DNA from: Bryobacteraceae bacterium | Lineage (GTDB): Bacteria > Acidobacteriota > Terriglobia > Bryobacterales > Bryobacteraceae | Assembly: GCA_036488895.1 (NCBI GenBank) | Contig: DASXGT010000235.1 | Location: 7,205-71,204 of the forward strand | Length of the DNA: 64,000 bases | Reading direction: 5' to 3' | Shown here: positions 56,474 to 64,000 of the stretch, piece after piece | Numbering within the stretch: position 1 is the first letter of the stretch | Layout of the letters: every line of letters starts with the position of its first letter | The notes under the pieces: model-generated | Told to the model about the DNA's origin: nothing | The model's input: only the letters and a program-made list of their open reading frames with translations | Database searches by the model: none | Program-made: the position numbers and the translations under genes

Positions 56474-59188
56474 CTAATTCAGAAAGTTAAATTCGTTGGA
56501 ACTCAAAAGAACCTGCATGTAGCGCGGCCAGGATTCTTCGCCCTGTACAAACTTCAGGCCCAGAGCGCGCTCCTCCCCGGTCGGTTTGCGCTGGAAAAGC
56601 AACTCATACGCATGGTCAATCCTGCTGGAATCATCAGGGCCACTGGTAGTCACTCGGCTCGCCAGCGATTTGGCGCTTGCCATCACCATTCCGCTGTTCA
56701 TGAAGAAAAGCCCCTGCAGCGGCACGGTAGTGGGAAGGCGCTGTTCACTAGTCACAATGGGGTTCGGGAAATCAAATAACGCCAGGAACGGATCAAGCTG
56801 GCGGCGGCTCACGAAGCCGTACACCGTGCGGCGGTCATTATCATCTTTGGTGAAGGGCACCGCCGGGCCGCCCATTTTCAGATCGAGTTTGCCGGAAACC
56901 AACAGCAGCGAGTCACGCAGCGATTCCGCATCAAGGCGGCGGCGGTTAGCGTGCCACAGCAAGCGATTATCCGGGTCAACCGCGTAATTCGTTTCCGAGT
57001 TCGCGGCGCTGAGCGCGTAGGCGGACGAAAGCATAATCTCACGATTCAATTTCTTGATAGACCAGCCTTCCGCCACAAAACGCGTAGCCAAAAAATCAAG
57101 CAGTTCGGGATGGGAAGGCAGGTCGCCTTGCTTACCGAAGTTACTGGGCGTGCGAACCAAGCCTTTGCCGAAGTGCTGCTGCCAGACGCGATTTACGATG
57201 ACGCGCGCCGTGAGAGGATTTTTCGGATCTATAATCGCTTGGGCCAGTTCCAGCCGTTCCGCCCCTTTTGTAAACCGCTTCGGTTCAGCGCTGCTGAGAA
57301 TGGCAAGAAAGTGGGGAGGCGCGGGCTCACCGGGATTGTCACGGCTGCCTCTGATCCACACCCGCTGTTCAACCGGGTTGGGTTTATCAGCGATGGTCTG
57401 CAGGTACGGATAGTGCGGCGGCAACTGCTTCTGCAGCGCGGCAAGGTCTGTCCGCATGGAGTGGAGATGCGCGCTCCAGACGCCAGTTAGGAAACGGTCG
57501 AGCTGCGGGTCTCCGTAGTGATAGATACCTTTGTTCCCGAACAGATCTTCCCAAAGCACATACTTGTCACGCGCCATGGACGCCAGGTTCGCGCCGGATA
57601 AATCAGCCCGGCTGGGATTGAGGCCCAGCCGAATGTGATTCTCATCATCAATCCGCTTCTTCTCCTTGTTGACGGCGAAGACAAAATGTTCGAAGTCATT
57701 TGCCGCCTGGGTCAGCGCTTCGGTATTCCGCTTCTGTGCGGCGGCCTTGTACCAAGCATCAAGGAAAGGATGCCGCAGCTTGGGTTTTGCCAGGTACTTG
57801 GACCAGCGGATCAGCGTCTCGCAATCGAGCTGCTTTTGCTCGGCGACGGCTGCGAAGTCTTTGTCCGGCGCGCCAGGGGGTATGGTGGAAACGGCCAGCA
57901 GATAAGTGGATGTTTTCGCGGCTAAAACACCGCTCAATTCTTCACTTTGATGGGCGATAAAGCTGTCAATAACCGCTTTCTGTTCGTCGACCTGTTTCTT
58001 GTGTTCTTGGTACGCGTCCACCACCGGCTTTGCGGCCAGCGGCGTTTCGTGTAGCGAGGTGTTGTTGAAGATCCCCAGCAGAGAGTAATAATCCTGCGTG
58101 GGGATGGGGTCGTACTTGTGGTTGTGACACTGCGCGCACGCGACGGTCAGGCCGAGAAATCCTCTGGTTGTCGCGTCGACGCGGTCCTCCTGAAACTCCG
58201 GGCTGAGCGCATAAAAGCCAAGTCCAGCCTCATACCGCTCTTTGTCGGGCATGAGATCCCCCGCAATTTGCGCCTCGACGAAGGTGTTGTACGGCATGTC
58301 ATCTTGCACCGCCTTGATCACCCAATCGCGATATCGAAAGGAGTTTTCGTAGGGCTCATCCCGTTCTGAATTCAACTTGTCGTCTGAATACCGGGCAACG
58401 TCCAGCCACAGACGCCCCCATCTCTCGCCATAGCGCGGCGAGGCGAGCAAGCGGTCCACGACCTTTCCAAACGCATTGGGCGATTTGTCGTTTTCAAAGG
58501 CGGTTACTTCGGCCAGCGTAGGCGGGAGCCCGGTTAAATCGAAAGTGGCGCGGCGAATCAAAGTACGCCGATCCGCGTCAGCGGAACGCGTCATCTTTTG
58601 CTCTTCCAGCTTGCTAAGGATGAAGCGATCAATGTCCGATTGCGCCCATTTGGTGTCGTGAACCGCGGGAACGGCGGCCTTCCGGATTGGTTGAAACGAC
58701 CAGAAGGCACGCTGCTCCGGAGCGATCTGATAGGCAACGGCCGTTTGCGATGCCTTGGGAGCGTCGGGCCAAACAGCACCCGCTTTGACCCAGGCTTCAA
58801 CGGCGGCGATTTGGTCGTCTTTCAGACGTCCGCCAGGAGGCATTTTGAGCTTGGGGTTCGCGTAGCGAAGCGCCTGGACCAGCAGACTTTTTTCCGGATC
58901 GCCCGGCACGATGACCGCACCGTCTTTGCCACCTTTCATCGCGTGCTCGCGGGTGTCCAACTGCAAGCCGCCCATCCGCTCTTCGGTGTGGCAGGCATAG
59001 CACTTTTCCACCAACAACGGACGAACGTGCATTTCAAAATTCTGGTCATCCTGAGCGAGCACCGGGCGAGCGAGAGTGCAGCTGAGGAGAAGCGCCGCCG
59101 CGTAAACGTGGCATGGCACTGTTGACAGTTGTTTACTGACGACGGAATTGGCTTTCCGTCTTTGCCGGAGTGACTTTAAACGATTCAT
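56474..59188 (-). CDS. PSCyt2-DUF1549-DUF1553 (PSD1) giant protein
   Basis: 904 aa with N-terminal FEMHVRPLLVEKCYACH and a central CAQCHNHKYDP motif. It lies 11 nt upstream of its DUF1501 partner. Confidence 0.85.
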   Translation of the reverse strand: MNRLKSLRQRRKANSVVSKQLSTVPCHVYAAALLLSCTLARPVLAQDDQNFEMHVRPLLVEKCYACHTEERMGGLQLDTREHAMKGGKDGAVIVPGDPEKSLLVQALRYANPKLKMPPGGRLKDDQIAAVEAWVKAGAVWPDAPKASQTAVAYQIAPEQRAFWSFQPIRKAAVPAVHDTKWAQSDIDRFILSKLEEQKMTRSADADRRTLIRRATFDLTGLPPTLAEVTAFENDKSPNAFGKVVDRLLASPRYGERWGRLWLDVARYSDDKLNSERDEPYENSFRYRDWVIKAVQDDMPYNTFVEAQIAGDLMPDKERYEAGLGFYALSPEFQEDRVDATTRGFLGLTVACAQCHNHKYDPIPTQDYYSLLGIFNNTSLHETPLAAKPVVDAYQEHKKQVDEQKAVIDSFIAHQSEELSGVLAAKTSTYLLAVSTIPPGAPDKDFAAVAEQKQLDCETLIRWSKYLAKPKLRHPFLDAWYKAAAQKRNTEALTQAANDFEHFVFAVNKEKKRIDDENHIRLGLNPSRADLSGANLASMARDKYVLWEDLFGNKGIYHYGDPQLDRFLTGVWSAHLHSMRTDLAALQKQLPPHYPYLQTIADKPNPVEQRVWIRGSRDNPGEPAPPHFLAILSSAEPKRFTKGAERLELAQAIIDPKNPLTARVIVNRVWQQHFGKGLVRTPSNFGKQGDLPSHPELLDFLATRFVAEGWSIKKLNREIMLSSAYALSAANSETNYAVDPDNRLLWHANRRRLDAESLRDSLLLVSGKLDLKMGGPAVPFTKDDNDRRTVYGFVSRRQLDPFLALFDFPNPIVTSEQRLPTTVPLQGLFFMNSGMVMASAKSLASRVTTSGPDDSSRIDHAYELLFQRKPTGEERALGLKFVQGEESWPRYMQVLLSSNEFNFLN

Positions 59189-59332
59189 CGTTTACAACAG
59201 GGGTAATCAGATCATATGTCATTTATTTCCATCATGCGCCCTTTCGAGCGGCCATAATCGGATTACTCCGGCAGCAATGTGGCCGTGCCGGCAACGGATA
59301 GTTCTGATCTGGTATGGATAAGATCGACTGGT

Positions 59333-61060
59333 ATGAAGCTGATTTTTTTGCTTGCGGCTGTCTCGTTGGTGGCGCTAGGGCAGGATTACGATATTGTGAT
59401 CCGCGGCGGACGACTGATAGATGGAACCGGCAATGCGTCGTTCCTCGCCGATGTGGCAATCCAAGATGGCAGAATAGCGCGGATCGGCAAGTTAGGCGAA
59501 GTGAATGCCAAGCGCGTGATCGATGCCAAAGGTTTGGCCGTTAGCCCAGGTTTTATCGACATCCATAACCACTCCGATTACACACTCATCACTGACGGGA
59601 ATGCGCAGAGCATGATCCGCCAAGGTGTTACTTCGATGATCTTGGGGGAAGGTGGTTCGGCCGCTCCATTGGGAGGAAAGCAAGAGAAGTCCGATGATGC
59701 AGAGTCCAATCATGCAGCCAGCTGGACAGACTTCGATGGTTATTTCTCGCGGCTGCTGAAACAAGGCATTTCGACTAATATCGGCAGCTATGTAGGTTCG
59801 AGCCAGATCTGGACGTACGTGCGCGGGGAGCACGCCGGTCCACCGACGGCGGACGAAGTCACCCAAATGCAGGCGCTGGTGCGGCAAGCCATGCAGCAAG
59901 GTGCGCTAGGAGTGGCAAGCTCATTAAGCGGCCCTCCGGGCTCATGGATCGACACGGACACCTTGGTTGCGATGAGTAAAATCGCCGGCGAATACGGCGG
60001 CATTTACTCCACCCACATGCGAACCGAAGGTAAAGGCGTATTCGAATCAGTCGCCGAGGCGATTGAAATCGGTAAACGGGCAGACCTGCCAGTGGACATC
60101 ATTCACCTGAAACTTGCTGATCACGAACTGTGGGGGAAAATGCCCGAATTGGTCGCCGAAATTCAGAACGCACGCGCGCAGGGCCAAGATGTCACTGCGA
60201 ATGTCTACCCCTATCGAGCCGGGCAAAATAATCTGGCCTCGATTATCCCGCCATGGGCTCACGAAGGCGGTACACAGGCTATGCTGCAGCGCCTGAAAGA
60301 TGCTTCCCTGCATGCCCGACTCGTGAGTGAAATTGAACACGGCATCCCAGGATCCAACTGGTACGACCACTATACGGCCACAGGCAGTTGGGAAGGCATG
60401 TTGCTCGTTTCGTTATCCAACCCCACCTATAAGAAATACGAAGGGCACCGCATGAACGAAGTAATTGCGGCGATCGGGGGCCCTCCGGTCGATGCACTCT
60501 TCAAGGTTCTGGAAGACAATCAGGGCTCCGTGCCTACCGTTTATTTCCATCACGACGAGAAAGACATGCAATACGCATTGCGGCAGCCGTTTATCTCCAT
60601 TGGTTCGGACGGAACGGCTGTGGCGATAGACGGTCCCACGGCAGAGGGCCACCCACATCCGCGCTATTTCGGTACTTTCCCGCGCGTTCTTGGCCGGTAT
60701 GTCCGCGACGAGAAGGTGCTTACGCTCGAAGACGCTATTCGGAAGATGACATCGGCCAATGCAGAAAAGATCCACATCTTTGATAGAGGCCTACTACGGC
60801 AAGGAATGTGGGCAGACGTGACGGTTTTCGATCCAGCGAAAATCGCGGATCGAGCAACCTATGAGCAACCGCAGCAGTATGCCGTAGGTGTGGAGTATGT
60901 TTTGGTAAATGGCCAGGTGGTGATTGACCATGGCCAGCACACTGGCAGGCGTCCGGGCGCCATCCTGTATGGTCCTGGCAAAAATAAGATCGGGCAAACG
61001 GCCGATTATCCCGATCACGCTAGTCGACAGCAAAATCCGGTACTTCAATCGGTTCACTAA
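59333..61060 (+). CDS. N-acyl-D-amino-acid deacylase (D-aminoacylase) family amidohydrolase, secreted
   Basis: The ATG at 59333 gives a signal peptide MKLIFLLAAVSLVALG. YDIVIRGGRLIDGTG and GFIDIHNHSD (HxH metal site) are typical of the family. Confidence 0.85.
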   Translation: MKLIFLLAAVSLVALGQDYDIVIRGGRLIDGTGNASFLADVAIQDGRIARIGKLGEVNAKRVIDAKGLAVSPGFIDIHNHSDYTLITDGNAQSMIRQGVTSMILGEGGSAAPLGGKQEKSDDAESNHAASWTDFDGYFSRLLKQGISTNIGSYVGSSQIWTYVRGEHAGPPTADEVTQMQALVRQAMQQGALGVASSLSGPPGSWIDTDTLVAMSKIAGEYGGIYSTHMRTEGKGVFESVAEAIEIGKRADLPVDIIHLKLADHELWGKMPELVAEIQNARAQGQDVTANVYPYRAGQNNLASIIPPWAHEGGTQAMLQRLKDASLHARLVSEIEHGIPGSNWYDHYTATGSWEGMLLVSLSNPTYKKYEGHRMNEVIAAIGGPPVDALFKVLEDNQGSVPTVYFHHDEKDMQYALRQPFISIGSDGTAVAIDGPTAEGHPHPRYFGTFPRVLGRYVRDEKVLTLEDAIRKMTSANAEKIHIFDRGLLRQGMWADVTVFDPAKIADRATYEQPQQYAVGVEYVLVNGQVVIDHGQHTGRRPGAILYGPGKNKIGQTADYPDHASRQQNPVLQSVH

Positions 61061-61089
61061 TGTGAACTTGGCCGCAAGCTGACGCAACT

Positions 61090-61380
61090 TGGATTGAACG
61101 TAGTCGGGAATATCTGGATCACAAGGTCGAGGCTGCCGGCCAGCGTTGTAATGGCGAATGTTAAGGGCGTGCCCGATCGACTCAAAGGAAGCGTGTCGCG
61201 AAATTCTCGTCGCACAGCGCCATGCGTCTACATTCCTAAGTCGATCCTACGTAGTCGGCAAATCGGGTTTGGGCCAGATAGGGAACGGTAAGTCTTCTGG
61301 TCGACTGGAATCCGACTGTACTCCCCACCTGGCGAATTTCACATTGCCGGCAAACGCGCTGTCGTTGAAGTGGAACCCAA
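61090..61380 (-). pseudogene. Degenerate DDE integrase (rve-type) transposase remnant
   Basis: Pieces in shifting frames: FHFNDSAFAGNVKFARWGVQSDSSRP, PYLAQTRFADY, and RHASFESIGHALNIRHYNAGRQPRPCDPDIPDYV (compare H.D.G.EF....F......GI..S.SRP..P..N...ERF....K.E.........A......YN..RPH..L...TP). Stops and frameshifts occur throughout. Confidence 0.4.
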
Positions 61381-61761
61381 AGGAACGCGAAGTCTTAGGT
61401 CAGTATCAAGAGCGATTCGGCACGATACACCCGAGGCAAGTGGCTTAGGCCGCTTTAGGATCAAGATTCGAAGGAGCGCGAAGGCGAAGTTGCAGGGCGC
61501 TCATCCGTTCCAGAATCAACATCGGCCCACCGCATTGAGGACACGACCAGGTAACTCGTGGATGCTGAACGATACGAGATCATTGAATGCTCCTGGACTT
61601 AGGCGTATACTGCTTCCAAGCGTGGTGCGACCAGTTAGGTTGTCGTATCCCGCCGGTTGTTTGAGGTTTGAAAGCTCAGTCCCGTGCCGATGTCACAGGG
61701 CGTAAGCTCGTACCGTGGATGTGGCTCCGGTCGGCCTATGAAATGGCTACCTGGAGGATAC

Positions 61762-62214
61762 ATGAAAGTGCTAGATTGTGTTTCGATGTTGCTTCGACAA
61801 AAAGGAAGCGCCATCTTTTCATTGCCTTCTGTCGCGTCAGTTTATTCTGCCATCGAGTTGATGGCGGAAAAGCATGTCGGCGCCTTACTCGTTATCGATG
61901 ACGCCTCTCTAGTCGGAATCATTTCCGAACGAGATTATGCGCGTAAAATCATTTTACAAGGAAAATCATCCAAGGACAGCTATGTTCGTGAGATCATGAC
62001 TCCTTCTCCCATTACAATTCGCTGCGATACTTCCGTTGAGGAAGCCATGCGAATTATGACGGACAATCGCATCCGTCATCTCCCTGTGATCAACTCGGCA
62101 GGACACGTTGCCGGTGTCCTGTCAATCGGCGACCTTGTGAACTGGATCGTTACCTCTCAGGATGAGACCATCGCGCATCTGGAGCATTACATCGCTGGCG
62201 ATCTTTGTCACTGA
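61762..62214 (+). CDS. CBS domain pair protein
   Basis: 150 aa from ATG 61762 (GGAGGA RBS), with two CBS motifs (...VGALLVIDDASLVGIISERD... and ...IRHLPVINSAGHVAGVLSIGD...). Confidence 0.8.
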   Translation: MKVLDCVSMLLRQKGSAIFSLPSVASVYSAIELMAEKHVGALLVIDDASLVGIISERDYARKIILQGKSSKDSYVREIMTPSPITIRCDTSVEEAMRIMTDNRIRHLPVINSAGHVAGVLSIGDLVNWIVTSQDETIAHLEHYIAGDLCH

Positions 62215-62250
62215 CCTGAGTTTGTGAAAACTAGCGCGGTGGCGCGGCCT

Positions 62251-63681
62251 CTACTGAGACTGAGCCGCCGCTCTAATAGCCTCCCAGAAAGGTCCAGGAT
62301 AGACACCGAGTATTAGAAGGGCCACGCTAAGAACCGTTAGGATCGCGCCAAATGCCACGCTTAGTCGCGGCGTCTCGATGTCAATTTGCGCGCGCTCCGG
62401 CTCGGTGAACATTGCGACAATGACACGCAAATAGTAAACCAGGCCAATAGTGCTGCTGACGATAAGCACGATGACAAGCGCCCAGGCTGCTGCCGAGGCG
62501 CCTGCGGTGAGCACGTAGAATTTTCCCAGGAAGCCGGCCGTCAGCGGTATCCCGGCCAGGGAAAGTATCATCGCCGTAAACACAGACGCCAGTAGCGGCC
62601 GCCGCCAGAACAGCGCGCGAATGTCATCAAAGGTTTCGGCGTCACGCGCGCCGCTGCTCAGCGCCAGCAACGAGCCAAAAGCTCCGAGAATCGTCACCAT
62701 GTAAGCCGCCAGGTAGTATGTTGCAGCCGCTCTTCCCAGAATGCCCCCGGCAACAACCGCCACCAGGAAATAACCCATATGTGCAATAGACGAATACGCC
62801 AACAGCCGTTTGACGTTTGTCTGACGCAGGGCCAACAGGTTCCCGGTCAGCATAGAGGCCGTTGCCATGATTCCGAAGACGAGGAGCAGCGGCCGACTCG
62901 CTGTGCCCCCTGTCCATAACCAGCGCAATAGAAAGGCGAAGACGCCGCCTTTCGAAACCGTCGCTATGAACGCCGCTACCGGCAGGGGTGCACCTTGGTA
63001 CACATCAGGCGTCCAGAGATGAAACGGCACTACCGCCAATTTGAACCCGATACCGCTAACCACCAGCACCATTCCGGCCAGCGGAACAAATCCGCCGGCA
63101 AGGCCCGGTGAATGTTCAGCCATGGGCCTGAAGTCCAGGCTTCCTTCGGCTACATACAGCAGAGCCAGACCGAACAGAAGAAATGCCGATGAAGAAGCAG
63201 CCAAAACTAGATACTTGATGCCTGCTTCCACTGGCAGAGCCTCGGTGCGCGGATAGGAGATGAGTGTATAGAGCGAGATGCTCAGTAGTTCCAGTCCGAG
63301 GAATAAAGAAACCATGTGGCTGCTGGCCGCGAGCACCATTGAACCCAGGGTTGCCAGGATAAGCAAGAGGTAGAACTCCTCTTTGTGCTCGGAGCGGCAG
63401 GCTAGATACGGGAACGAGAGCAGTACTACGGCGGCACTCGCCACCAGTATCAAGGCCATGTACACAAGCGCATATTGATCGATGATTAACAGCGCCGTGA
63501 TACGCGCGGGCGCGGCGGAAAATGCCGGCCACAAGCTGATGAATGACGCGGTGATTCCCACAAACGATAGGACAGCCGCCACGCGGTGGCTTCGCTTGAT
63601 GGCGATTCCGATCGTCACCGCAAGTGAGGTCACCGCGAGTATGAGCAACGGCAACGCAGCGGATATAACTGAGTGGATCAT
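62251..63681 (-). CDS. nuoN: NADH-quinone oxidoreductase subunit N
   Basis: Polytopic antiporter-like subunit of about 476 aa, following a nuoM-like gene. ATG at 63681 has an AAGGAG RBS. The ORF-track start 63702 overlaps the nuoM stop. Confidence 0.85.
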   Translation of the reverse strand: MIHSVISAALPLLILAVTSLAVTIGIAIKRSHRVAAVLSFVGITASFISLWPAFSAAPARITALLIIDQYALVYMALILVASAAVVLLSFPYLACRSEHKEEFYLLLILATLGSMVLAASSHMVSLFLGLELLSISLYTLISYPRTEALPVEAGIKYLVLAASSSAFLLFGLALLYVAEGSLDFRPMAEHSPGLAGGFVPLAGMVLVVSGIGFKLAVVPFHLWTPDVYQGAPLPVAAFIATVSKGGVFAFLLRWLWTGGTASRPLLLVFGIMATASMLTGNLLALRQTNVKRLLAYSSIAHMGYFLVAVVAGGILGRAAATYYLAAYMVTILGAFGSLLALSSGARDAETFDDIRALFWRRPLLASVFTAMILSLAGIPLTAGFLGKFYVLTAGASAAAWALVIVLIVSSTIGLVYYLRVIVAMFTEPERAQIDIETPRLSVAFGAILTVLSVALLILGVYPGPFWEAIRAAAQSQ

Positions 63682-63698
63682 TGCTTCATCTCCTTGCT

Positions 63699-64000
63699 TC
63701 ATCTCCTGGCCGGATGCAGTAATGCAATGCTCTGCTCAGCGTCATTAGAGACCGGTCGAAAGACACGGATAAAGGACTGTGGATAGAGCCCGACCCACAA
63801 CAGGCATGTCATCATGCTTCCAACAATCACCCATTCCCGAGCAAACAGATCGGGAATGCTCCAGTTATTATGATTCGGTCCCTGGAAGACCCGGCTGCTG
63901 ATCTTCAACCCGTAGAGGGTAGCTGCAATAATTCCCAACGTCGCCACGGCCGTTAGGCTGACATTCGCCCGATATGCGCCGAGCAGGACAAGAAACTCGC
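63699..64000 (-). CDS. nuoM: NADH-quinone oxidoreductase subunit M, 3' end (partial, continues beyond window)
   Basis: The frame is open to the window edge. Hydrophobic C-terminal segment ...LLWVGLYPQSFI... directly precedes nuoN. Confidence 0.65.
   Translation of the reverse strand, partial: EFLVLLGAYRANVSLTAVATLGIIAATLYGLKISSRVFQGPNHNNWSIPDLFAREWVIVGSMMTCLLWVGLYPQSFIRVFRPVSNDAEQSIALLHPARR

Noticed and set aside
1-64000. CRISPR arrays, tRNA, rRNA, riboswitches
   Set aside because: I saw no regularly spaced direct repeats and no cloverleaf-like or rRNA-like segments in the intergenic regions I read. A tRNAscan/Infernal run would be needed to exclude small RNAs formally.

Overview
This is a 64-kb chromosomal window from a high-GC Gram-negative bacterium. 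The gene content fits a soil Acidobacteriota genome of the Solibacter/Bryobacter type (inference only): CarboxypepD_reg-type TonB-dependent receptors, planctomycete-type PSCyt/DUF1549/DUF1553 + DUF1501 pairs, secreted LRR proteins, a Tad pilus and the edge of a nuo operon. Layout: 0-7.4 kb holds an aldolase/epimerase pair, a methyltransferase-P450-GNAT operon, a flavin monooxygenase and an HPS-like gene. 7.5-11.8 kb holds a TonB-dependent receptor divergent from a GntR regulator, with tandem TTGT-N2-ACAA operators between them. 11.8-12.6 kb is an 825-bp IS6-family element with a frameshifted transposase and no target duplication; it has removed the 5' end of a second TonB-dependent receptor. 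15-19.3 kb holds hypotheticals, an EEP nuclease/phosphatase and an ABC exporter. 19.3-21.2 kb is a run of decayed genes. 22-24 kb is a GH13 enzyme, and 24.2-24.6 kb is IS66/HTH debris. 25.1-42.3 kb is a complete but non-canonical Tad/Flp pilus island: cpaC-cpaB, a TonB_C-like gene, tadG/tadE/tadE, DUF192, a 31-aa micro-ORF, tadC/tadB/cpaF/cpaE/tadV, a palindrome-rich 558-bp control region, flp with a downstream attenuator, a GT-C-like membrane protein, a GT2-methyltransferase fusion and a sigma-54 activator. 42.3-43.2 kb holds ybaK and paiB remnants, followed by a second DUF192 gene. 43.9-46.9 kb encodes two secreted LRR proteins. 47-59.2 kb encodes three pairs of a giant heme-motif protein with a smaller partner, all of unknown function; all three partners carry twin-arginine leaders. 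The window ends with a D-aminoacylase, transposase debris, a CBS protein, nuoN and the 3' end of nuoM. I recognised no rRNA, tRNA or CRISPR array. All family names rest on motifs read by eye and recalled family signatures; no database search was run.
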